A stretch of 64,000 nucleotides of DNA from Candidatus Latescibacterota bacterium (GCA_965222605.1 OZ244960.1:2304001-2368000), one strand, 5' to 3'; positions 39,163 through 52,848 are shown, counted from the stretch's first letter. The notes: generated by a model from the sequence alone, not told the origin. Numbers and translations are program-made.

Positions 39163-39178
39163 TGCAACATGTGTGCCA
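39163..39178 (-). promoter_or_regulatory. Sigma54 (-24/-12) promoter
   Basis: Minus strand TGGCAC-ACATG-TTGCA matches TGGCAC-N5-TTGC(A/T), about 70 bp upstream of the island's first gene. Confidence 0.75.
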
Positions 39179-39536
39179 ATGTGATTTTTTCTAATGATAA
39201 TTCTTGTAAGGCATTATTTTTAGTTCGCATAGAGGTTATTATCGAGTAAAAGTCAGACTGAATATCGAATTCAAAGGTGAAAACATCGTTCACTTTTCTC
39301 TTTCCGATTGAACATTAAATACACGTTGACAACCGCGCTTCAGGTTGTTACTTTAGCTTCGTCTTCTCAAGTTATCAGCTTGAGATATTTGCCGCCGCTG
39401 ACAGGGGACTTGGTCGAGTCTTGTCAGCGGCTCTTTTATGATAATACCATCGCGTCTGTAATTGCAATTCAAAAAGATTCCGCATATCTCTGATTCCTTC
39501 CGTATATATATGATTTTCTCATTTTTTTTCGTTTTC

Positions 39537-40199
39537 TCACTTCTCACTTCTTATTGTCGAACCAAAAAAGTTTGTCTTCAAATCGATCTTCTTTCCAACC
39601 CGGTTGCCCACCAGCCCGCGCGCACCTGCAATATCAAAATCCTTCAACGCAATCTGAAACTCGCCCTTCACCACAAAAAAGTCCCCCGGTGCTCGCTTCT
39701 TTGTCTGCTCTGACGCCAGCAAATACGTCGCCTCAAAGGGAATCGCTATCTCCTTATCCACGCCGTGCAGTAAAAATGTCCCCATTGCCAAACCCGTAAT
39801 AACCGCCTTATCTTTCCCCACCGTCACAGACACATCCTTCAACCCCGCAATATCAAACCCAATCACCGGAAACTGTTTTTCATCCAACCAATCTTCACTG
39901 TGCAAATGCGCGTCGCGCTTCTCAATACCCGTTTCCATACTCGCAACCTGCACCTCAATCTTCCCGGCCATACCCTCCAAATTTGCCGGATCCAGCTTTA
40001 ATTCGCCCGAAATCTCCGACGCTGTACCGTGAATCTCTTCCAGCGGCGCCGAACTCACAAACCGAATCTGATTCTTACCCACCTCATTGCGCAACACAAT
40101 CGTCTGAACACCCTCAACTGGCAACCCCAATAACGTCTCTGCACAAACCTGTTGCGCTGCAATACACCCGACGAAAAATAAACCGACGACCCATCGCAT
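39537..40199 (-). CDS. YceI-family lipid/polyisoprenoid-binding protein
   Basis: Signal peptide; SMETGIEKRDAHLHSEDWLD...FPVIGF...LHGV. Confidence 0.88.
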   Translation of the reverse strand: MRWVVGLFFVGCIAAQQVCAETLLGLPVEGVQTIVLRNEVGKNQIRFVSSAPLEEIHGTASEISGELKLDPANLEGMAGKIEVQVASMETGIEKRDAHLHSEDWLDEKQFPVIGFDIAGLKDVSVTVGKDKAVITGLAMGTFLLHGVDKEIAIPFEATYLLASEQTKKRAPGDFFVVKGEFQIALKDFDIAGARGLVGNRVGKKIDLKTNFFGSTIRSEK

Positions 40200-40227
40200 A
40201 TTTAGCCTCCTTCTCTAATTTATCTCC

Positions 40228-42517
<2,290 letters not shown>

Positions 42518-42518
<1 letters not shown>

Positions 42519-42583
42519 TAGGGGACGGTCCCTGTGCCGTCCCAAATGACCACCTGCGGGCGACCACAGGAGGTCGCCCCTAC
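42518..42583. repeat. GTAG-family REP doublet (REPIN-like)
   Basis: GTAGGGGACGG..CCGTCCC and inverted GGGCGACC..GGTCGCCCCTAC between convergent genes. Confidence 0.75.
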
Positions 42584-42602
42584 AAATCAGATTATCCACC
42601 CC

Positions 42603-43532
42603 TCACACCTTCCCCTCCAACACACATAACAACACCTCTGCTGTCGTCAGCAGATCCAGCGCATTGTGGTGCAAAATATCGCGCATTTGCACGGCATTTC
42701 CCGACCTTACAAACCGGTGATACGCATTGGGAATCTCCGCACCCGGAATATCGCCTCGCCGGGTGCGGCGGCAAATATATCGTTCCAAAGTCTGCAACTT
42801 GCAATTGGGCAACTGCCTGCCCCAAATGCGCCGCCCCACATGCAACATATCGATATGCGCTTGTCCCAGCCGAAACGGCACGCCCATAAACAAACACCGG
42901 TCGCGGATATAGGGCAAATCATACGACTTGCCATTAAAACTCACGACCACCGTTGACGCATCCAACAATGTGACGAAGTGCGTCAACAACGCGGCCTCTT
43001 CCGTATAATCTCGCGCCAGCAACTGCACAACGCGCAACGCGCCATTAAAATGCCCCAACACACCAATCAAAAACAGCGGCGTACCAGCCGTCAACCCCGT
43101 CGTCTCGATATCGACGTAAATCACATCTTCGGCGCGTGCATCAATCAAAGAATGAAATGTATCATACGGATCATGCGGCACATTCCCCACATGTAACGCG
43201 CCAATCGCGCGTTCGTGCCGCACGCCAAACTCGCGCCCGCCGCCCCGCAAAACCTCTTGAATCGTCTGATCAATCAGCAAAAATGTGCCTGCGGGCGTAT
43301 GAATCTCCTCGCCCTGTGCCACTTCGTCCAGCGCGAGATGCAATCGCGCATCGGACGCAGTAGCCATCACGCGCAACGCGCCGGGATCGGGCGCGCGTCT
43401 CTCTCCACGGCCAGGACGGACTTCGGGTTCCTCTTGCTGCTCGGCTTCAGAAACCTCATCTGCGTGTTTCAAATCGCGGCGATTGAGCGCGGCGATGCGT
43501 TTTCTCATCTCATCAGAAATCATAAGAAACAA
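42603..43532 (-). CDS. YprB-like RNase H-fold exonuclease
   Basis: YVDIETTGL, SFNGKSYDLPY, HIDML, LQTLER, HNALDL. Confidence 0.88.
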   Translation of the reverse strand: MFLMISDEMRKRIAALNRRDLKHADEVSEAEQQEEPEVRPGRGERRAPDPGALRVMATASDARLHLALDEVAQGEEIHTPAGTFLLIDQTIQEVLRGGGREFGVRHERAIGALHVGNVPHDPYDTFHSLIDARAEDVIYVDIETTGLTAGTPLFLIGVLGHFNGALRVVQLLARDYTEEAALLTHFVTLLDASTVVVSFNGKSYDLPYIRDRCLFMGVPFRLGQAHIDMLHVGRRIWGRQLPNCKLQTLERYICRRTRRGDIPGAEIPNAYHRFVRSGNAVQMRDILHHNALDLLTTAEVLLCVLEGKV

Positions 43533-43614
43533 TATACTCGCACAACAACCGATCCGTCAAGGTTATAGAAAAAAACTCGCATAAAAGAAGCCGTTTGGTT
43601 AAGTTAGGACACCT

Positions 43615-45519
43615 ATGAGACGAATCTATCCTTTAATTCTTTTACTCCTCTGTGGTTGTCTCGCCCCCGATCCAGGGCACCGTGTAAAAACGGGTGAAGC
43701 CGCTCAATCCAACGCAGCGATTCACGAAACGCGCGCACCCAAACAAATCGACCCAGAAATCCTGATCAACCGCACATTTGAAGAAGCCCCCATCCTCGCT
43801 GAAAAAGTCAAAAAGGGGGAACTCCCCCCCGTATCTGAACGCCTGCCTGAAAATCCACTCATCGTCGTCCCCCTGGACACCATCGGACAATACGGTGGCG
43901 TTTTGCGACGCGCACTCACCGGCGACATCATCCAAACAGCGGGAACCAATAAAACACTGAGCGAAAACCTCATGGGATTTTCGCGTCCCTTGCCCGACAG
44001 CATCGTACACAACCTCGCGGAGAGTTTTGAATTTCGCGACGAAGGAAGAACCGCAATTTTCAAAATCCGCAAAGGCATCAAATGGTCAGACGGCGTGCCA
44101 TTTACAGTTGACGACATATTGTTCTGGTACTACGACATGACCTTTGACGACAATGCCCGTCCCCACAACCAGCCCGTACCCCCCTCTGTCTGGGTGGTCG
44201 ATGGCAAACCCATTGACCTCAAAAAAATCGACGACCACACCCTTGAAGTCTCATCTGCTAAACCACTCGGTCGCGTATTACACGCCCTGTGTTTAGACGT
44301 CATCGCACAGCCCAAACACCATCTGTCACACCTGCACCCCCGCTACAATCCCGAAGCGACCTATGAAGGGTTTCGAGAACAAGCGACCAATGCCATGGTC
44401 ATCATGAAACCCGGCATGCCGCGCCTATCCGCCTGGGTCCCCGTTGAATGGATTCGCGGTCAACGCATCGTCTATGAACGCAACCCCTATTATTGGAAAA
44501 TCGACACAGCCGGCAATCAATTGCCCTATGCGGACCGCATTGAATTTACAGTCATTCAAGATCCCCAGGTGATCCTGCTCAAATTTGTCAACGGCGAACT
44601 CGACCTATTCGGGCGTTACTCTCGCATCAACATGTTTCCCACACTGCGCACCGAAGAAAAAAAGGGCAAATTTAAATTGCGGATCACCGGTCCAGACCGC
44701 GGTCCCGCCTATTACCTCAATTGGGACACCCCAAAACCCGTCCTGCGAGAAGCTTTTCGCAACCGCGACGTGCGCATTGCCCTGTCATACGCGATCAACC
44801 GCGAAGAAATCAACCAGATCGTCTATCACGGCCTCCTTGATCCCGCGGGCTACTCCTTCGCGCCCTCTAACCCGCACTATTCAGAAACAGCCTATCGCCA
44901 ATATTCCAAATTCGACCCCGACAAATCCCGCGATCTCCTCGACAAAGCCGGATACCGCGACACAGATGGCGATGGTTGGCGCGAGCTCAAAGATGGCTCG
45001 CGCTTTGAACTCAACATCGACGTCGTTCCCGGCGTTGGCGTCGATGTTTCCGAACTCGTCTCCGAACACTGGCGCAGCATTGGCATCAAAGCCAACCTGA
45101 ACATTTCCCTGCGCGACATTATATGGCCCCGCCGCCTCAACGGCGAATTTGACATTCACCACTGGGGACTCGAAGGTCCCGCCGACCCCCTGGGCCGCCT
45201 CAATGACTGGGCAATTATGGCACCCACCGTCCCCTTTTGGCACCGCAACGCCTCCAAAGAGGGTCCCGCGTGGTTGCACGAAGCCACAACGCGCATCAAA
45301 AAAGTATTGACAACCGTAGATCCCATAGCCGTACATGAACACATGACAAACGTGCGCGACCTCCACACCGAAAACGTACCCGTTATAGTCGTCGGCTCTG
45401 CCTACTCCATCTGGGGAGCCAGCACGCGACTGGGCAATGTTCCATTTCAGGGCAGTGCCGCCGACGTGCATCGCGGCTGGGGTCGCCCCGTGTTTCACGA
45501 ACAGATATTCATAAAATAG
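43615..45519 (+). CDS. ABC transporter substrate-binding lipoprotein (peptide/nickel family)
   Basis: Lipobox LCGC; LPPVSERLP; KWSDGVPFTVDD; RNPYYWK.D..GNQLPY. Confidence 0.92.
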   Translation: MRRIYPLILLLLCGCLAPDPGHRVKTGEAAQSNAAIHETRAPKQIDPEILINRTFEEAPILAEKVKKGELPPVSERLPENPLIVVPLDTIGQYGGVLRRALTGDIIQTAGTNKTLSENLMGFSRPLPDSIVHNLAESFEFRDEGRTAIFKIRKGIKWSDGVPFTVDDILFWYYDMTFDDNARPHNQPVPPSVWVVDGKPIDLKKIDDHTLEVSSAKPLGRVLHALCLDVIAQPKHHLSHLHPRYNPEATYEGFREQATNAMVIMKPGMPRLSAWVPVEWIRGQRIVYERNPYYWKIDTAGNQLPYADRIEFTVIQDPQVILLKFVNGELDLFGRYSRINMFPTLRTEEKKGKFKLRITGPDRGPAYYLNWDTPKPVLREAFRNRDVRIALSYAINREEINQIVYHGLLDPAGYSFAPSNPHYSETAYRQYSKFDPDKSRDLLDKAGYRDTDGDGWRELKDGSRFELNIDVVPGVGVDVSELVSEHWRSIGIKANLNISLRDIIWPRRLNGEFDIHHWGLEGPADPLGRLNDWAIMAPTVPFWHRNASKEGPAWLHEATTRIKKVLTTVDPIAVHEHMTNVRDLHTENVPVIVVGSAYSIWGASTRLGNVPFQGSAADVHRGWGRPVFHEQIFIK

Positions 45520-45523
45520 CGAT

Positions 45524-46522
45524 ATGACCAACTACATCATCCGCCGTCTATTTCACATGATCCCCACGCTGCTCCTGATTTCAATGGTCAGCTTTGTGGT
45601 CATTCAAGCGCCGCCGGGCGATATGCTCACCTCTCGCCTCGCCGAATTGGCCGAACAGGGTGAACTCGGGTCTGAAAGCGCGATGGCGCAAATTGACGCC
45701 CTGCGCGACCGCTATGGCCTCAACGACCCGATCTATGTGCAATACATCCGCTGGATCTGGAAAATCGTCAGCGAAGGCGACTTCGGGCAATCCTTCACCT
45801 ACGAAATGGATGTGATAGAACTCCTGGCTGAACGCCTGGGACTCACACTAACCCTTACACTCTCCACATTGATCTTCACCTGGATCGTCGCCATCCCCAT
45901 TGGCATCTACTCTGCCACCCGACAATATTCAATTGGCGATTACGGCTTTACATTTCTCGGATTTATCGGTCTGGCCACGCCAAACTTTTTGCTGGCTCTG
46001 GTCATTATGTTCATTCAGGTCGCCGTCTTTGAAGCCAAATCCGTAGGCGGCCTTCTCTCTCCCGAATACATCGGCGCTGCCTGGTCGTGGGCAAAATTTG
46101 TCGATCTCCTCAAACATATCTGGGTACCCATCATCGTCATCGGCACGGGCAGCACAGCGGGCATTATCCGCATTATGCGCGGCAACTTGCTCGACATACT
46201 CGGCCAACAGCACATTCAAACCGGCCGCGCCAAGGGCCTCAAAGAAGGCAAAGTCATCGTCAAATACGGCGTGCGCATCGCCATCAACCCCCTCGTCAGC
46301 CGCCTGGGTCTCGAACTGCCCAGCCTGCTCTCTGGCGCCGTTGTCACCGGCATTGTGCTGGGCCTGCCAACAGCCGGTCCCATTTTTCTCACTGCACTCA
46401 CATCTCAAGACATGTATCTGGCAGGTGCATTCCTGCTCCTATCCGCCACATTCTTGCTCATCGGCAACTTATTAGCCGATATTCTCCTGGCATGGCTCGA
46501 CCCGAGGATTCGCTATGAGTAG
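45524..46522 (+). CDS. ABC permease (DppB/OppB-like)
   Basis: YIIRRL, GDFGQSF, TGRAKGL, WLDPRIRY. Confidence 0.93.
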   Translation: MTNYIIRRLFHMIPTLLLISMVSFVVIQAPPGDMLTSRLAELAEQGELGSESAMAQIDALRDRYGLNDPIYVQYIRWIWKIVSEGDFGQSFTYEMDVIELLAERLGLTLTLTLSTLIFTWIVAIPIGIYSATRQYSIGDYGFTFLGFIGLATPNFLLALVIMFIQVAVFEAKSVGGLLSPEYIGAAWSWAKFVDLLKHIWVPIIVIGTGSTAGIIRIMRGNLLDILGQQHIQTGRAKGLKEGKVIVKYGVRIAINPLVSRLGLELPSLLSGAVVTGIVLGLPTAGPIFLTALTSQDMYLAGAFLLLSATFLLIGNLLADILLAWLDPRIRYE

Positions 46523-47648
46523 TGTCGTCGCAACACCTCCCGACGAGCGCGTGGAAAAAGAAATCACAACCACCGCCACCTATTCACAGCGCCAGCTCAT
46601 CTGGCGGCGTTTCAAAAAACACCGCGCTGGCGTCATCGGTGGATGTGTGGTCATCTTTCTTTATCTCTGCGTCTTTCTGGGCGAATTTCTATCCCCACAC
46701 GACCCGGCGCATCGCTATTACAACTATGTACACCTGCCCGCCCAGCGCATCCACATATTCTCTCAAGACGGCATCCACTGGCCCTTTGTTTACGGCATCA
46801 AAAAATCCTTTGACCTGCAAACCGGCATCAAAAATTATACCGAAGACGCCTCTGTGCGCTATCCCGTGTACCCCTTTGTGCGAGGTGCCCAATATACATT
46901 CTACGGCCTCTTTACCACCGACATCCACCTGTTTGGCACCGGCAAAGACAATCCCATGTTCCTCTTTGGAACCGACCGTTTTGGACGCGACATGCTCTCG
47001 CGCATCATTGTAGGGGGCCGCATCTCCCTCACCATTGGCCTGCTCGCCGTATTCATCAGCCTCACCCTCGGCTCCGCACTCGGCGTAATCTCTGGCTATT
47101 ACGGAGGCAATGTCGATAATATCATCCAGCGCATCATCGAACTCATCTTTGCGTTTCCATCTATCCCCATTCTCATGGCCCTCAGTGCCATATTGCCTCC
47201 CGAATGGCCTTCGCACCTGGTCTTTATGGGCATTGTCACCGTCCTCGCGCTCGTGGGATGGGGCGGACTCGCCCGTGAAATACGCGGCAAAACCCTGTCC
47301 ATCCGCGAAGCCGACTTTGTACTGGCCGCTCGCGTGGCTGGCGCCAAAGATCGGCGCATCATCTTTCGGCACCTGCTCCCGTCCATGTTCAGCCACATCA
47401 TCGTCATTGCAACCCTCGCCATCCCGGGATTTATCCTTGGCGAAAGCACATTGAGTTTTCTCGGCCTGGGCATCAAACCCCCCATGACATCCTGGGGATT
47501 GCTCTTATCCGACGCCATGAACATTCATTCGCTCAGCCTCTATCCCTGGCTTCTCATGCCGGGTGTCTGCATCATCATCGCCGTCCTCGCCTTTAATTTC
47601 CTCGGCGATGGCCTGCGCGATGCAGCCGACCCGTATTCCAGTAGATAA
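46515..47648 (+). CDS. ABC permease (DppC/OppC-like)
   Basis: FGTDRFGRDMLSR, ESTLSFLGLG, LGDGLRDAADP. Confidence 0.93.
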   Translation: MSSVVATPPDERVEKEITTTATYSQRQLIWRRFKKHRAGVIGGCVVIFLYLCVFLGEFLSPHDPAHRYYNYVHLPAQRIHIFSQDGIHWPFVYGIKKSFDLQTGIKNYTEDASVRYPVYPFVRGAQYTFYGLFTTDIHLFGTGKDNPMFLFGTDRFGRDMLSRIIVGGRISLTIGLLAVFISLTLGSALGVISGYYGGNVDNIIQRIIELIFAFPSIPILMALSAILPPEWPSHLVFMGIVTVLALVGWGGLAREIRGKTLSIREADFVLAARVAGAKDRRIIFRHLLPSMFSHIIVIATLAIPGFILGESTLSFLGLGIKPPMTSWGLLLSDAMNIHSLSLYPWLLMPGVCIIIAVLAFNFLGDGLRDAADPYSSR

Positions 47649-47651
47649 AAT

Positions 47652-48641
47652 ATGACCCAACCGCTCTTAGACATCCGCGACCTCAAAACCTATTTCTACA
47701 CCGATGACGGCGTCGTGCGCGCGGTCGATGGCGTATCCCTATCCATAGCGCCCCAAAAAACACTCGGCGTAGTCGGCGAATCGGGCTGCGGGAAAAGCAT
47801 CACGGCCTTTTCAACCATGCGCCTCATCCCGAGTCCACCGGGCAAAATCGAAAATGGACGAATCCTCTTTCACAAAGACCCCGAAAGCGATCCCATTGAC
47901 CTGACACAACTCAACCCCAAAGGCACGCAGATGCGCGACATTCGCGGGAATGACATCGCCATGATCTTTCAGGAGCCTATGACCTCTCTCAGCCCTGTAC
48001 ACACCGTGGGCAATCAAATTGCCGAGGCGATCAGGCTACATCAGAATACAAACAAAAAAGAAGCCCGTGAACGCACGATCGATGCCCTCAACAAAGTGCG
48101 CCTACCCCGTCCCGACCGTCAGGTCGATGCGTATCCCCATGAACTCTCAGGTGGCATGCGCCAGCGCGCCATGATCGCAATGGCCCTCTCGTGCAATCCC
48201 AGCTTGCTCATCGCCGACGAACCCACGACAGCCCTCGATGTCACAGTGCAGGCCCAAATCCTGGACCTGATGCGCGATCTCCAATCCGACATTGGCATGG
48301 CGATCATGCTCATCACCCACGACCTCGGCGTCGTCGCCACCATGGCCGATTATGTCGCGGTGATGTACCTGGGCAAAATCGTCGAATATTCCGACACGCG
48401 CACCGTCTTCAAAAATCCGCGCCATCCCTACACCAGGGGCCTGCTGAACTCCATCCCACAAGTGGGTCAAAAACGCCGCCTGGTACCCATCGAAGGCACA
48501 ATCCCCGATCCTTTTGAAATCCCACAGGGCTGCGCCTTTGCCCCGCGTTGCCCGCATGCAATGGATAAGTGTCGCGAAGAACCACAACTCCTCGAAATCG
48601 AATCGGGTCATCGTGTCAGTTGCTGGCTGGAAAACATGTAA
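47652..48641 (+). CDS. ABC ATP-binding protein (DppD/OppD-like)
   Basis: GESGCGKS, IFQEPMTSL, ELSGGMRQR, HPYT, C-terminal Cys cluster. Confidence 0.95.
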   Translation: MTQPLLDIRDLKTYFYTDDGVVRAVDGVSLSIAPQKTLGVVGESGCGKSITAFSTMRLIPSPPGKIENGRILFHKDPESDPIDLTQLNPKGTQMRDIRGNDIAMIFQEPMTSLSPVHTVGNQIAEAIRLHQNTNKKEARERTIDALNKVRLPRPDRQVDAYPHELSGGMRQRAMIAMALSCNPSLLIADEPTTALDVTVQAQILDLMRDLQSDIGMAIMLITHDLGVVATMADYVAVMYLGKIVEYSDTRTVFKNPRHPYTRGLLNSIPQVGQKRRLVPIEGTIPDPFEIPQGCAFAPRCPHAMDKCREEPQLLEIESGHRVSCWLENM

Positions 48642-48768
48642 AAATGCAACGCCTTGCCATTACCTATCTGCTGTATAGATAGATACGGACAACTCTATTT
48701 TTTAAAATTTTCGAACTTTCCCAATTTGACCAAATTTTTTTTATGTAACGTCAGTATCATCTGAACTT

Positions 48769-49488
48769 ATGCAAAAAATGCGTCAGATGGTCAGAATCAA
48801 AGAAGGGAAGTTCATTCCCAATGTTTTTGATGCATCAATATTTGATGAGCGTCCGCTTAGAGAAATAACAAGAGAGCATAATAATAGGGCACAAGTACTT
48901 ACTGAAACCTTTTTTCGGATGAAATCACAAGGAGGAGTAGTTATCGGGACTGCTGGATTTTTTCGGCCTATAAAAGGGTTTCACATTCTCTTACAGGCAT
49001 TTGGGAGGATTGTTAAAGTTTATCCCGATACTCGCTTGCTCGTTGTTGGCCAGCTTGCAAGACAAGCCTACAAAAGAGATATGTTGCAGCAAATCAGTGA
49101 TATGGGGATCAAACGGCAAGTAGTTTTTACGGGTTATATTCCACATCCAGAAGTGATGGCGTGGATGAACGAGATGGATATTTTTGCATTTCCTTCGCTT
49201 CATGAAGGTTCGCCAAATGCGCTCATAGAAGCGATGGCCTGTGAACTACCCATCGTGGCCTCTCGAGTAGGTGGTATTGTCGATATAGTTGAAGATAATA
49301 GGGATAGCCTTCTCGTTCCTGCAGATGACTCCGATATGTTATCGCAAAAATTACAATGCTTAATTCAGGATCAAGACCTCAGGAAGAGGCTTGGAAAAGC
49401 CGCAAAACATAAAGTAGAAAGCCTATTTTCCCCAACTCAAGAAACGGAAAATTGGCTTGAGATCTATCATCGTGTGCTGAACAAATAA
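48769..49488 (+). pseudogene. GT4 glycosyltransferase, N-terminally truncated
   Basis: IKGF..LLQA, PSLHEGSPNALIEAMAC..VASRVGG; mostly the C-terminal Rossmann domain, 239 aa. Confidence 0.7.
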
Positions 49489-49532
49489 CGTGTCTGTCCC
49501 TATGGCATAATCCTCAATCGGAAGATACGCTG

Positions 49533-50303
49533 ATGCGTTTCATAAAAGTATTCACCATTCTCACTATAACCCTTTTGGTCCCGTATATAACCACTACGGC
49601 ACAGGACTTGCCAACAGAAGTATTTGTCCCCCAAAAACACCGAATCAGCGTTGATGTCGGACTGGCAAATTACACAAACAGAGATGATTTGGCATCGCCG
49701 CTACTGTATAAAGGCTACGACAAAACAATCGCGTTTTCGTACACGTATAAAGGGAGGAAGAATTGGCATTGGGTGCAGGTACATATTATGACAGGCGAAT
49801 TAAAAACATCTTCGCTCAGAAATTTCGCTGACCATAATTATGGGCAATTACAATACGGGTATGCGCGTCTATTGTCAGGGAGTTCGAGTGCCAACATGGC
49901 CTTTTGGTTGGGGGGAAGTTTGAATAATATAGCTTCTTTAAGAAGATATTCTTTTTTTCCTTCTCTTTTGCGTCAATCAAAAGAAATAGCAGCTTCGACC
50001 CTCAATATCAACCTTTTGTACGAGCTATTATCTCTTAAAAGACAAAGGATTGTTTTCTCCTTGTCCGCTCCAGTTTTAAGTTATTTAGAGCGAGATGGTT
50101 ATGTTGCGAGCAGCATGAATCACCAGCTAACCAGTCTCAACAGTTATCAACGCTTCCGGTTTTCCTCACTTTATGAACGCACCTTTTCTGCTTATTTCAA
50201 ATTGCGTCTTACATATTGGTTTATCTACCAGCGTTATTCCCAACCGCGAAAAACAATTTCCGTTTTTCACGGTCTGAGTGGGGGCATCTCATTCCAATTC
50301 TGA
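49533..50303 (+). CDS. Putative outer-membrane beta-barrel protein
   Basis: Signal peptide; RDDLASPLLYKG; amphipathic strands; terminal GISFQF. Confidence 0.65.
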   Translation: MRFIKVFTILTITLLVPYITTTAQDLPTEVFVPQKHRISVDVGLANYTNRDDLASPLLYKGYDKTIAFSYTYKGRKNWHWVQVHIMTGELKTSSLRNFADHNYGQLQYGYARLLSGSSSANMAFWLGGSLNNIASLRRYSFFPSLLRQSKEIAASTLNINLLYELLSLKRQRIVFSLSAPVLSYLERDGYVASSMNHQLTSLNSYQRFRFSSLYERTFSAYFKLRLTYWFIYQRYSQPRKTISVFHGLSGGISFQF

Positions 50304-50315
50304 GAGGAGTAGGCA

Positions 50316-51353
50316 TTGCGTTTTTTGACCCGAATCGCTGTCCTCATCTTCTTGCCGGTATTGCTTTCTTGCGGCGAAACCCTGGTCGGTTCTGATCCTG
50401 CCAATACGCCGCAGAACAATTTCCAAATTTTATGGGACGACTTTGATCGCTATTATGCCCTGTTTGAGGTCAAAAACGTCGATTGGAATGCCCTGTATGA
50501 CATCTACGCGCCGCAAGTCACCGATCAGACGAATGATCGCGAGTTGTTTGACATTCTGTCTGCTATGCTGACGCACTTAAACGATGTTCATGTTAATCTA
50601 ATCACAACGTTTGAACGATTCAACTCAAGCTATGCAAACTATCCAAACGGAAAACCTGAAGGGACTCTCAATCTCTCTCTTGTGAAACGCAAATACTTGC
50701 GCTCTGATTATCAAACCACAGGGAATGGTGTTTTTACTTCTGGTCAAATTTCTGATACCATAGGCTATGTACACATTGAGACTTTCGGTAATGACACATA
50801 CCATGACTGGGTCGAAGCGATAGACCCCATTGTGAACGAGTTTGTTGATCACAGGGGTTTCATTGTCGATGTAAGAAATAATGGTGGAGGACACGTTTTT
50901 AACGTCGAAGCGATTGCGGGACGCTTTGCAGACCAGAAGAGATTGTACGCTCTTTCTCAAAGACGTAATGGCACTCGACATTCAGGTTTTACTCCCATTC
51001 GAGAAAGATATGTCGAGCCTGCAGGGAGTAAACAATTTACCAAACCCATTATTGTACTCACAGATAGAGGGACTGTAAGTGGTGCGGAATATTTCGTATT
51101 GGCGATGAAGCAATTTCCTTATGTTACGATAGTCGGAGATTTTACGTTGGGAGGTCTGGCGCATCCTCTCTATCGAGAACTTCCCAATGGTTGGACATAC
51201 ATAATTTCTATAGAAAAGACATTTTCGGCTGATCAGGTTCTGTATGAAGGCGTTGGTATTCCCCCGGATATTCACGTTGCGATCTCACCTGACGACATAG
51301 CTATGGAAAAAGACCCGGTTATCGAGATGGCAATACAACTGCTGAGTGATTGA
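50316..51353 (+). CDS. S41-family peptidase lipoprotein
   Basis: Lipobox LLSC; NFQILW..F...Y, LNDVHV, DVRNNGGG, TVSGAE, EGVGIPPD. Confidence 0.9.
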   Translation: MRFLTRIAVLIFLPVLLSCGETLVGSDPANTPQNNFQILWDDFDRYYALFEVKNVDWNALYDIYAPQVTDQTNDRELFDILSAMLTHLNDVHVNLITTFERFNSSYANYPNGKPEGTLNLSLVKRKYLRSDYQTTGNGVFTSGQISDTIGYVHIETFGNDTYHDWVEAIDPIVNEFVDHRGFIVDVRNNGGGHVFNVEAIAGRFADQKRLYALSQRRNGTRHSGFTPIRERYVEPAGSKQFTKPIIVLTDRGTVSGAEYFVLAMKQFPYVTIVGDFTLGGLAHPLYRELPNGWTYIISIEKTFSADQVLYEGVGIPPDIHVAISPDDIAMEKDPVIEMAIQLLSD

Positions 51354-51642
51354 AATACGATGAATCCGGGCGGCAAAAGCCTTATGACTGGCTTGAAGGC
51401 AGATAGCGCATCACCTGATGAACTGCTGTCGCAGTGGTACACCGCTCCGTATTGGCCTTGTAGTATCTTTGGTAACGAATGAATTATTCTTTTGAATTTT
51501 GGTTTAGATGATGGAAAAGGAAACGATATTTTTCATGTACCATCACCTCCCGGCAACGCTTTGTGGTCGGGAATTTTTATTGCGTTAAAACAATGGCGCG
51601 GGATATTGCGATGTCCTATATTATTCATCGGTACGCTCAGTT

Positions 51643-51662
51643 CCTGCCTGCCGTCAGGCAGG
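51643..51662. repeat. Short palindrome, REP-like
   Basis: CCTGCCTG-CCGT-CAGGCAGG near the right edge of the insertion. Confidence 0.5.
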
Positions 51663-51742
51663 TCTGCACCGCTCGGCAACCGCAAGGTAGGCAAGATGCT
51701 ATTATAGACAGGCGAATGCTCATTGTTGATTTTTAAAACATC

Positions 51743-52771
<1,029 letters not shown>

Positions 52772-52815
52772 AAAAATTAAGGGCGCGTTTCTGCATGCTC
52801 CGTCCTTAACTTCCC

Positions 52816-52843
52816 TTGACTTGATACTATTATTTAGTATATT
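52816..52843 (+). promoter_or_regulatory. Promoter with palindromic operator for the TA operon
   Basis: TTGACT-N16-TATATT; ATACTA-N5-TAGTAT palindrome at 52824-52840; ATG 5 nt after the -10, no SD. Confidence 0.6.
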
Positions 52844-52848
52844 CAAAA

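Larger units (their letters stand above)
25460..39200 (-). other. AT-richer genomic island encoding a putative peptide maturation/export system
   Basis: All genes on the minus strand with short gaps; visibly AT-richer than the flanks; edges approximate, no integrase or att site seen. Confidence 0.7.

Noticed and set aside
51657-51670. GCAGGTCTGCACC resembling the E. coli fdhF SECIS apex
   Set aside because: No credible ORF with an in-frame TGA just upstream; it overlaps a REP-like palindrome
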